From positions 1 through 12,833 of the forward strand of contig JBNKNM010000164.1 of the NCBI GenBank assembly GCA_050293845.1: 12,833 nt of DNA, read 5' to 3'. Below the pieces are notes generated by a model. That model did no database searches. It was not told the DNA's origin and saw nothing but the letters and a program-made list of their open reading frames with translations. The translations under genes and the position numbers were made by a program. Source of the DNA: Pseudobacteriovorax sp. Its GTDB lineage: Bacteria > Bdellovibrionota_B > Oligoflexia > Oligoflexales > Oligoflexaceae. Shown here in pieces: positions 1-7,050 of this stretch; position 1 is the first letter of the stretch; each line of letters starts with the position of its first letter.

Positions 1-45
1 GATTCGATGCTCGCCGCAGGGCTTCTCCATTCCTCCCGACCCTAA
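1..45 (+). CDS. Possible 3' end of an upstream gene (partial, ...DSMLAAGLLHSSRP*)
   Basis: Frame 1 is open from the window edge to TAA at 43-45, 27 nt before the next ATG. Too short to confirm. Confidence 0.3.
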   Translation, partial: DSMLAAGLLHSSRP

Positions 46-72
46 AGAGACCGGGTTTCCTGGAGAAGTTTG

Positions 73-318
73 ATGAAAAAAATTTTTTTGATTTCACTAT
101 TTTTAATCTACTCGTGCGTCAGTATTGATGAGAAAAGAGCTATGGTTGCAGCAAAAGCCCTAAGCGATCTTAAGTGCCTCGATGACACCATTGTAAGTGA
201 TCTTGGAAAAGATCGGTTTGCCGCACAATGTAAATCAATTAATCGGGGCAAAGCATACTACCAAGTAAAATGCGGGAAAGTTCCTAAATCTTGTAGGGTT
301 TTGCGCTTTCGACGGTAG
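73..318 (+). CDS. Small Cys-containing putative lipoprotein, unknown function
   Basis: GGAG at 62-65 and ATG at 73. MKK, a hydrophobic stretch and a lipobox-like IYS|C, followed by four more Cys. Confidence 0.75.
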   Translation: MKKIFLISLFLIYSCVSIDEKRAMVAAKALSDLKCLDDTIVSDLGKDRFAAQCKSINRGKAYYQVKCGKVPKSCRVLRFRR

Positions 319-437
319 AATAAATGTTTTAAAGCAAGTCAGTGTCAAAGTTATTTACAACTGTATACAAGTATTTCTAGCCATATAGATTCGTACATTT
401 TTTGCAGACTCCTTACAATATAGTAAAGGAGGCTTCA

Positions 438-1136
438 ATGCGTATCTTACTAACCTTGATCTATGGTAGTCATATACTGGCATCCTGTCACTTGAAATCT
501 GAAAATTTTCAGGCAGATAACATTAGTGTGCAGACAATACAGTTTGTTGACACCACAATTGATGCCGTAATTAAATCCGGCGTTCGCGATCATTTTAAAG
601 TCACCATCAACACGGAAAGTTTAAGCGACCTCGGCAAAAATCCCGGTGGATTCCTGGAGTTGCAGGACTATATCATCCAAAGGATCGAAAAATCTGATAA
701 ACAACTTGGTAGCAACTTTCAATTAGGTATTAGCCTCAACCTAAAGAAAGACATATCGGAAATTAACAAAATTATCAAAGATTTATCATCAAAGAAGAAA
801 AAAATCGATGCCGTAACAAATAATGTAGATTATGTAACAGCAAATTTCCAATCTAAGCCAAGTAATGGCCTATTTGCCAAGTATTTAGGCAAGTTGGGCA
901 TAGACGTACGAGATTATCAACCAGTACAGGAACTCGCCATCGATGATAGCTTTCACTTCGATAGGTGCAAAAAAGCAATTAAACAAGGTAATAACCAAGC
1001 AAGCAAACCTGCTATCAACATTATAATTAGCCAAGAAACTTTTTCCAAAAAATTACGACGGCATATGATTCAATGCTTAGCTTTAGCAAATCACAGAAGC
1101 TATGCCATTAATCTGGTTATGACTCCCAAACTATAG
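438..1136 (+). CDS. Putative lipoprotein, hypothetical
   Basis: Strong SD AAGGAGG at 426-432 places the start at ATG 438 rather than TTG 402. MRILLTLIYGSHILAS|C has a lipobox LASC. Confidence 0.75.
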   Translation: MRILLTLIYGSHILASCHLKSENFQADNISVQTIQFVDTTIDAVIKSGVRDHFKVTINTESLSDLGKNPGGFLELQDYIIQRIEKSDKQLGSNFQLGISLNLKKDISEINKIIKDLSSKKKKIDAVTNNVDYVTANFQSKPSNGLFAKYLGKLGIDVRDYQPVQELAIDDSFHFDRCKKAIKQGNNQASKPAINIIISQETFSKKLRRHMIQCLALANHRSYAINLVMTPKL

Positions 1137-1179
1137 CCTAGTTGATTAGGTATTCATTCATTTTTCCTATGGGAAATTA

Positions 1180-1533
1180 TTAGGCGGCTGTCTGCAATAC
1201 CTTATCTATCAGCAAGCTTAATTGCTTCGGCTTTTCAAAAATCATGACATTTTTAAATTTTTCTGCTAAGCAGCGAAATTCTGAACGTCCCGTAAAGATG
1301 AAGACAGGGATCGTGATCCCCTTTACCTCAAGTAGTTTCATCAATTCCATGCCATTAATTTCCGGCATTGCTAAATCTGTAATGATCATTTCAGGAAAGA
1401 CTTTATTAACAAGATTAAAACCTTCAAGACCATTCTTAGCCTCTATAATCTGACAATTAGCCTTTTTAGCTTTAAGCATTTCGACAAGCAGTCTACGGAT
1501 CTCAGCATCATCTTCGACAATTAAAATTTTCAA
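1180..1533 (-). CDS. Single-domain response regulator (CheY-like receiver)
   Basis: KILIVEDD acidic pocket, phospho-acceptor Asp in IITDLAMP, FTG Thr and KP motif. TTG start with AAGGAAGGGG 7 nt upstream. Confidence 0.93.
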   Translation of the reverse strand: MKILIVEDDAEIRRLLVEMLKAKKANCQIIEAKNGLEGFNLVNKVFPEMIITDLAMPEINGMELMKLLEVKGITIPVFIFTGRSEFRCLAEKFKNVMIFEKPKQLSLLIDKVLQTAA

Positions 1534-1556
1534 ATCATGACCCCTTCCTTACAATT

Positions 1557-1583
1557 TATTCGGCCAAACAACAAAAAACTTAA
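1557..1583 (-). promoter_or_regulatory. Sigma-28 (FliA)-type promoter for the receiver gene
   Basis: Minus strand reads TTAAGTTT-N11-GCCGAATA; the consensus is TAAAGTTT-N11-GCCGATAA. Confidence 0.75.
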
Positions 1584-1632
1584 TATTTCCATAAAAATTT
1601 AGCACCACATTCAAAGAACTCTTTTATGCTTC

Positions 1633-1659
1633 TTAATAATTACAAAAAAATGCCGAATG
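1633..1659 (+). promoter_or_regulatory. Sigma-28-type promoter for the DM9-protein/mtgA operon
   Basis: TTAA(1633-1636)-N15-GCCGAATG(1652-1659), directly ahead of SD AAGGAG (1671) and ATG 1683. Confidence 0.6.
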
Positions 1660-1682
1660 CAAATTATAGCAAGGAGTATAAC

Positions 1683-2762
1683 ATGGTAGTATTATCGCTA
1701 GTTTTATTACTTTTTACTCCCTTCCTGGGAGCTCAAGAAAACCGCAAAGCTGATATTAAAGTAGATTTTGGAAATATGGATGATCATCAGATCTATTGGG
1801 CTAATTGGTATCAAGCTATTCCGGAAGCTGTATTAGTTAAAGAATTTCCCTATACCTTCAGCATTCAAGGCTTCAATTTAGAACTTTCCTCCCCCTGTAA
1901 TCTGAATATTACTGAGAAATCTTTATATACCACTTGTGGATTATCAACAGTCCCCCAGGACGCTGTAACGGGGACAGACATCAATAATGTTCTCAATGAT
2001 GGACTCAGGGTACTAGGCCATCAGCTACAAATGAAGTTTTCAGAATTGCCATCAGGGCACTATGATTTAGAATTGTTCTTTTTAGATGTGGAAGCCAGTG
2101 AATTTCAAGAACTAGATATTTCATTAAGTGATGATAAAGTCACAAACTTTAAAGTAGCCACAGGGATCAAACCAACAACATCGACCTATTTTCCCATTAT
2201 TCGCAGTCTTCATATTCCTATATATGTAGGTAATTCTAATAAAGCAATCATACAAATAAACGCCACAGAACCCAATTTTCTTATAAATGGTATGATCTTA
2301 ACTCAATTTAGTTATATCGAAGTCCTTGATGGAGACGTTGAGTTAATTGGAAGCCAAAGGTTAGCAGAAGCAGAGATTATTGCTTACGATGGTGAGGAAA
2401 ATACCTTAGCATGCGCGGCAAAGTATCAGGGTAAGCAATATTACTTTGGCACTTACCATGAGCCAGGTATATGCGAATACTACGTTGGAAATCAAAAATT
2501 AATGGCAACTCAATTCAAACTTATTCGCGCCGATCCATTTAAGGAATGGTTGGATGGCAAAGACGGAATGCTACCTCCTAGAGCCTTTGCTTTCACAAAA
2601 ACCACCGACCATGATTATTATATATGTTCTGTCGACTATAGTACTGCTAAGCGGTTGGTCGGTGTATATGTTCCTAATTTGGCAATTGGTTGCATTATTC
2701 ATACACAAGATACTGTTTATGTCTTTCCTGAATTTAAAGTTTGGAGTTATAAAAACATTTGA
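1683..2762 (+). CDS. Secreted protein: N-terminal carbohydrate-binding-like beta-sandwich plus two C-terminal DM9 (DUF3421)-like repeats
   Basis: SD AAGGAG at 1671-1676 and signal peptide MVVLSLVLLLFTPFLGA|Q. IKVDFG...LPSGHYDLELFFLD...FLINGMIL resembles malectin/galactose-binding-like modules. EWLDGKDGMLPPRAF...YYICSV...VGVY...GCII...FKV matches the DM9 repeat pattern, with a weaker copy before it. Confidence 0.7.
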   Translation: MVVLSLVLLLFTPFLGAQENRKADIKVDFGNMDDHQIYWANWYQAIPEAVLVKEFPYTFSIQGFNLELSSPCNLNITEKSLYTTCGLSTVPQDAVTGTDINNVLNDGLRVLGHQLQMKFSELPSGHYDLELFFLDVEASEFQELDISLSDDKVTNFKVATGIKPTTSTYFPIIRSLHIPIYVGNSNKAIIQINATEPNFLINGMILTQFSYIEVLDGDVELIGSQRLAEAEIIAYDGEENTLACAAKYQGKQYYFGTYHEPGICEYYVGNQKLMATQFKLIRADPFKEWLDGKDGMLPPRAFAFTKTTDHDYYICSVDYSTAKRLVGVYVPNLAIGCIIHTQDTVYVFPEFKVWSYKNI

Positions 2763-3670
2763 AAATCGACCTTCCTCAGCTAATAAATCGTAGATATATA
2801 AAATACCTACTGATCAGTATTTTTATTTTAGCTAGCGCTGATGTGATTTTTTTACTCAGCTTTACCCCAACGATACGATCTTTGTCTGTGGGAACTGTCC
2901 CAGAATCTACTTTTATTGCTAGGTATAAGGAAAAGCGAAAGTCAGACGTCAATTTACCTGACCTAAAATGGTCTCCTACAGTAAAAAAGCTACCTAAAAG
3001 TATAAAAATGCCTTTTATAGTCGCCGAAGATAGTCGTTTTTATAGCCATTCAGGTATTGATTTCGAAGCTATTTGGAGTGCTTTTCATTACAACTTACGA
3101 CGCAAGAAACTAGTGGTAGGGGCTAGTACCATTTCTCAGCAAACCGCGAAAAACCTATTTCTTTCTCCCCATCGCAATTTGATAAGAAAATGGCATGAAA
3201 TGATTCTAACACTGTTGATGGAAGCTATGCTCAGTAAGGAAGATATCTTAGCCACTTACCTTAATATAGCCGAATTTGGTACTGGAATATATGGAATCCA
3301 AGCCGCATCTCAAGAGTACTTCGGTAAATCCGCCAACCAACTGACCTTAAAAGAGTCCGTAGCTCTTGCGGCAACCCTACCGAGCCCACAAAAGAACAAC
3401 CCCAGAACCCAGACTAAATTTTTCACTAATCGGACACAAAAAATTATGACAACAATAAAGCAATACTATAGTTATCTTGCTCCAACATCACTAGAATCAA
3501 TCAACGAATCAGAGATTAATGACCCCGAATTATCAGAACAGATTAATATTCCACCTGAACCCCATGCCGTTACGAATCATAGCTTATCTCAGCCCGTACC
3601 TTTGCCACCTGAAAACCAACTAGATATAGAAATTCCGAATTTACAGCCAGCAAATGGTGAAAAACCCTAA
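2759..3670 (+). CDS. mtgA: Monofunctional peptidoglycan transglycosylase (GT51)
   Basis: N-terminal TM helix; GT51 motifs EDSRFYSHSGID, GASTISQQTAKNL, RKWHE, KEDILATYLN; no transpeptidase domain. The TTG start overlaps the upstream TGA (TTGA). Pro-rich tail. Confidence 0.92.
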   Translation: MKIDLPQLINRRYIKYLLISIFILASADVIFLLSFTPTIRSLSVGTVPESTFIARYKEKRKSDVNLPDLKWSPTVKKLPKSIKMPFIVAEDSRFYSHSGIDFEAIWSAFHYNLRRKKLVVGASTISQQTAKNLFLSPHRNLIRKWHEMILTLLMEAMLSKEDILATYLNIAEFGTGIYGIQAASQEYFGKSANQLTLKESVALAATLPSPQKNNPRTQTKFFTNRTQKIMTTIKQYYSYLAPTSLESINESEINDPELSEQINIPPEPHAVTNHSLSQPVPLPPENQLDIEIPNLQPANGEKP

Positions 3671-3731
3671 AAAATACGCCTTAGCAAGGCCGAGGCAAAA
3701 TAATACACCACAGTTAACCCTAACTCATGGG

Positions 3732-3771
3732 GACGATTTTTACTAAAACAAAGAAGAATCGGGTCTTTTTT
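3732..3771 (+). terminator. Possible intrinsic terminator after mtgA
   Basis: CGATTTTT(3734-3741) pairs with AAGAATCG(3754-3761), followed by GGTC and a T6 run. The stem is AU-rich and weak. Confidence 0.35.
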
Positions 3772-3833
3772 CGTATCTTGGTAAAACATTGTGCTAACAG
3801 TATTAAATAGGATTTTCGGTAAGTTTCTCAAAC

Positions 3834-3860
3834 TTAATCTTTATGACCAAACTCCGATAA
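3834..3860 (+). promoter_or_regulatory. Sigma-28-type promoter for the pilin-like gene pair
   Basis: TTAATCTT-N11-TCCGATAA, the same spacing as the sites at 1557-1583 and 1633-1659. Confidence 0.65.
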
Positions 3861-3884
3861 GGTTCTTTTAGACACTAGTTTTAG

Positions 3885-4577
3885 GTGAATATGCCACTCC
3901 CTTGTAAATTACAATTCAACAATCAATCTGGATTTACTCTGATCCAAATTGTAATTGCATCCGGCCTGTTAGCCTTAGTTGCAGCCTTGGTTTTTAAAGC
4001 TCAGGTGCAAACGGTCCAATCGAAAAAAAGTCTGAAGGCAGGTCAAAATTATCAGGATATCAACCAAATTTTTACAAGTGAGATTGCTAAAATTTTAAAA
4101 AACCCACCAGCTAGTGGTTGCTTCACTCCTAATGACTTCAGTCTAGACTTTGATGCAGGTTTGACGAACTCTAACATGACCTTTCTCACCAATATAATGT
4201 CTGGAGCGAGTCCAGCAGTAGTAGATGCCGTATCCCGAAGTCAGAATGTCAGCAAGTCCGTTAGTCGTTGCACCCAAAAAATAGTTCAGATTACTAATAG
4301 TAGCCTAAAAAATGATAACAAGTTGCACTTCTGCCTTAAATTTAAGCGAGTTGCTACCGCTGCCAAAAATTCATTCCTTAACGCGGAGCATGCCTTTGCT
4401 GAAGTCGCAATACACCTAAAAGATTTTCATACCGATAAAGCGATCTCGTGCGATACTTATAAAAACACTCCCACGTCTGGTGCTCAAATTTTCTACTCCC
4501 TATTTTGGACGACCGAAATTGGGGGCAAACTTCAGTTTAAACGTAAAAACAGTGTTTTCCATGCGAGCAGCAACTAA
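3885..4577 (+). CDS. Type IV prepilin-like protein (class III signal, Gln at +5)
   Basis: QSG|FTLIQIVIASGLLALVAALVF followed by an amphipathic helix and Cys residues in the head. Start is GTG 3885 or ATG 3891. Confidence 0.8.
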   Translation: MNMPLPCKLQFNNQSGFTLIQIVIASGLLALVAALVFKAQVQTVQSKKSLKAGQNYQDINQIFTSEIAKILKNPPASGCFTPNDFSLDFDAGLTNSNMTFLTNIMSGASPAVVDAVSRSQNVSKSVSRCTQKIVQITNSSLKNDNKLHFCLKFKRVATAAKNSFLNAEHAFAEVAIHLKDFHTDKAISCDTYKNTPTSGAQIFYSLFWTTEIGGKLQFKRKNSVFHASSN

Positions 4578-5299
4578 TGAAACTTGAAACAAAATCTAGT
4601 TCTGGCTTTACTCTTGTCGAACTCATGGTCGCCTTGGGAATCATGGCTATTATTGCAGTAGGAGTAGCTAAATTTTCTTCAAATATTAGTAAAAGTAGAG
4701 CGAGATCTGCAGCTAAGACTTTTGTAACCAAGCAAAATGATCGTCTTCTAAAATTCTTACAGCAAGACATCCGTTTTCAAACTGCTTTGAATATTACAAA
4801 TAATGGCTTGACAATGGCAATAACTCGTTCCAAAACATACGACCCTAATGCACCGAACGATCAATATACGGTGACCTATCGCACTCGTTGTGTTCCCTCT
4901 CCAGCAAGTGTTGCTAGCACCCTAGACAAGATATATACGGCTGCGAATGCGAATAATATTTTCGTAGACCCCTGCCTCATCCGCTTAGCAAATAGCTGCC
5001 CAAATGGTACTTATCCTGAAGTATTTATTGATGTCAATGAAGCTGACCCTCGTATTCCAGGCTATAATCCTAATAATTTTCCTAATTTATCAGCCGCCAG
5101 TGTAGCCGCAGGTATTCGCAAAGGAAGTATAGGCAGCGCTCTCTGTATCAATGAGAGCGGTACCAAAATACAAGCCGTCGTAAGTTCAATTTATCTTACA
5201 GGAAATATTAATGGGGTAGAAATGTTTCAAATTCAAACTAACGAGTTACTTATGTCGGTCGATAATATCGCAGGAATTACTCTGCTACCCAATGAATAA
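4577..5299 (+). CDS. Type IV prepilin-like protein (PilW/GspJ-like minor pilin)
   Basis: SSG|FTLVELMVALGIMAIIAVGV with canonical Glu+5, and LKFLQQDIR typical of the end of a minor-pilin alpha-1 helix. TAATG overlap with the previous gene. Confidence 0.88.
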   Translation: MKLETKSSSGFTLVELMVALGIMAIIAVGVAKFSSNISKSRARSAAKTFVTKQNDRLLKFLQQDIRFQTALNITNNGLTMAITRSKTYDPNAPNDQYTVTYRTRCVPSPASVASTLDKIYTAANANNIFVDPCLIRLANSCPNGTYPEVFIDVNEADPRIPGYNPNNFPNLSAASVAAGIRKGSIGSALCINESGTKIQAVVSSIYLTGNINGVEMFQIQTNELLMSVDNIAGITLLPNE

Positions 5300-5302
5300 A
5301 CC

Positions 5303-5512
5303 TTAGACAAGGTCATTCCAATCACTTTCTACAAAGTTTTTTGAGGCTTTGTTAGTAGAAATCACTTTCCTCCATTTATTCAACTTGCGGATGACCTGAT
5401 ATACAATCTTGGTTTCGGAATCGTAAAAAATATCAACGGTATAGCGTTGGGTTTCGCGTTCCAATTCGATTGATCCTTTGTAGTGAAAGCTCTCTATTTC
5501 ACTCAGATTCAT
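5303..5512 (-). CDS. Small hypothetical protein
   Basis: Fills the gap downstream of pyrC on the same strand. GAGGA 5 nt before ATG 5512 favours this start over TTG 5527. Confidence 0.6.
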   Translation of the reverse strand: MNLSEIESFHYKGSIELERETQRYTVDIFYDSETKIVYQVIRKLNKWRKVISTNKASKNFVESDWNDLV

Positions 5513-5595
5513 GGGGATCCTCGTCAAGCATTTGGCTGTTTATTTATTGTAACAAAGATAGCTGACTGACAGCAACCAGCGGAACATCATATCCC

Positions 5596-6891
5596 CTAAT
5601 TAATTTTATGGATTCGATCTTGTAAAAATACAGTCTCTATTTTCCCAGGCAGCGAGGTTCCCATAAAACAACTGTTTTTAGATTTACCACCAAAATCTCC
5701 TTCACTCACTACAGATATTTGGCTGATATCTACAAGAACACCGTGAAAAGCTAGCCCTTTTCCTATGGACCCGTAGCTTTCATCAAGCCCTAAGAACCTT
5801 GCTGGATTATAAGAAAACACTCTCACAAGCTGTTCACAGCTTAGTTTTTTGTTTTTGTAAAGGCTCAAAAGAACGCGTAAACTCGTCTCTAATCCGGTTG
5901 TTCCATAAGCTGCTGTTTTAAAATTGCTACCCTTGATTTCAATCTCGTGGGGAGCATGGTCAGTAGCTACAAAATTGATAGTGCCTGCTGCTAGGGCATC
6001 CTGCAGCGCTTGTTGATCTTCAGGAGAACGAAGAGGAGGGTTCATTTTGAACGAGGACACCCCTTCCTTAATATCATGGGAGGAGAAAAACAAATGATGG
6101 GGAGAAACTTCACATGTAGCATGCAAGCCTTTAGAACGTGCTTTCTCAATTAAGTCCAGAGTTCCCTTACTAGAAATATGTAACACATGGTAGTGGGCTT
6201 TTGGGTATTTTTCCAGTAGTTTTAGATCCCTTGCGACCATATCAGTTTCTGCTGATGATGGGTATGGGGCCATATTGAGTTGCTGTTGTATAGGTCCTGG
6301 TGCCAAGACCCCCCCATGGCCAACCGTCTCTGCATGTTGCAGCACCGGTAACCCTGATACCTCGCTCCAAGCCAGGACTTTTTCCATCAATTCATCACTC
6401 ATGACTCCCACGCCATCATCAGTAAAAGCAGCAATTCCCCATTCCGTAAGAGATTTAAAATCTACACATTCTTGCCCTTTTTGCTGCTTGGTAATCGCAG
6501 CAGAGAGTAGAACCTTGACTCCTGTTTCTTCTGTAGCAGGAAAAAGTTCTGCTTGCGCTTGCTCACAGGCAGAGATCGTATCGATGACTGGTTTAGTATT
6601 AGGCATCGTCAGTAGGGCTCCGACACCTCCTTTGAGCGCAGCCTGGAGACCGGAAGCTGCGGTTTCCTTTTCTGACTGACCCGGTACACGCAAATGAACT
6701 TGAGGATCAACTCCAGCCGGAATAAGAACTTTTCCCGTACCATTAATGACTTCCACATTTGGTGCCATGACTAGATCATCAACGTCAAGTGCTGTCACGA
6801 CTCCATTTTCAATAAGTAGATGACAGTGGGACTGGACACCATCAATGGACCAAAGTTCAACGTTCTTTATGGCGTAGTTTTTGTTTCTCAT
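5596..6891 (-). CDS. pyrC: Dihydroorotase (class I, amidohydrolase superfamily)
   Basis: DPQVHLRVPG, MPNTKP, AFTDDG, QHAE, HVLHIS, CEVSPHHL, KMNPPLR, ATDHAPH, NPARFLG; SD GAGGA. Confidence 0.9.
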   Translation of the reverse strand: MRNKNYAIKNVELWSIDGVQSHCHLLIENGVVTALDVDDLVMAPNVEVINGTGKVLIPAGVDPQVHLRVPGQSEKETAASGLQAALKGGVGALLTMPNTKPVIDTISACEQAQAELFPATEETGVKVLLSAAITKQQKGQECVDFKSLTEWGIAAFTDDGVGVMSDELMEKVLAWSEVSGLPVLQHAETVGHGGVLAPGPIQQQLNMAPYPSSAETDMVARDLKLLEKYPKAHYHVLHISSKGTLDLIEKARSKGLHATCEVSPHHLFFSSHDIKEGVSSFKMNPPLRSPEDQQALQDALAAGTINFVATDHAPHEIEIKGSNFKTAAYGTTGLETSLRVLLSLYKNKKLSCEQLVRVFSYNPARFLGLDESYGSIGKGLAFHGVLVDISQISVVSEGDFGGKSKNSCFMGTSLPGKIETVFLQDRIHKIN

Positions 6892-6920
6892 ATCTTATTC
6901 CTCACAGTCATTTAGGTTGA

Positions 6921-6996
6921 CAGCAAAATAGGGGGTGTATCAAAAAATTGCAAATTTTTTGTAGTTTTGCTGAAATCTAGTATCCTACAATAGGAT
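6921..6996. repeat. Inverted repeats in the pyrC / membrane-protein divergent intergenic region
   Basis: CAGCAAAA(6921-6928)/TTTTGCTG(6965-6972) encloses CAAAAAATT-GCA-AATTTTTTG(6941-6961). A second IR is ATCCTA-CAA-TAGGAT(6982-6996). Confidence 0.7.
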
Positions 6997-7050
6997 TAGT
7001 TATTTACCTGTTACAATAAAAATGTGTATCAGCAGCGAACCGGAGATATT

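Noticed and set aside
1..30. GATTCGA...CTCCA resembling a tRNA/tmRNA 3' end
   Set aside because: No T-stem or acceptor-stem geometry; the spacing from TTCGA to CCA is wrong.
402..437. Upstream ORF-track starts (402; also 1626, 7024, 9617)
   Set aside because: Downstream ATGs have clear SDs and, for the exported proteins, give proper N-terminal signal peptides.
1137..1176. Two small hairpins between convergent genes (CCTAG/TTAGG, TTTCC/GGAAA)
   Set aside because: 5-bp stems without clear U-tracts are too weak to call as terminators.
1244..1453. 69-aa plus-strand ORF
   Set aside because: Antisense shadow of the well-supported receiver gene.
2554..2793. 79-aa hydrophobic ORF in an alternative frame
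   Set aside because: Overlaps the DM9 repeat and the mtgA start, with no convincing SD or family motif.
3678..3740. GGCAAA...GGGACG resembling a c-di-GMP-I riboswitch
   Set aside because: Lacks the GNRA-capped P2 stem and the GCAAA/P3 elements.
4537..4770. 77-aa minus-strand ORF
   Set aside because: Antisense to the prepilin genes.
6275..6679. 134-aa plus-strand ORF
   Set aside because: Antisense shadow of pyrC.
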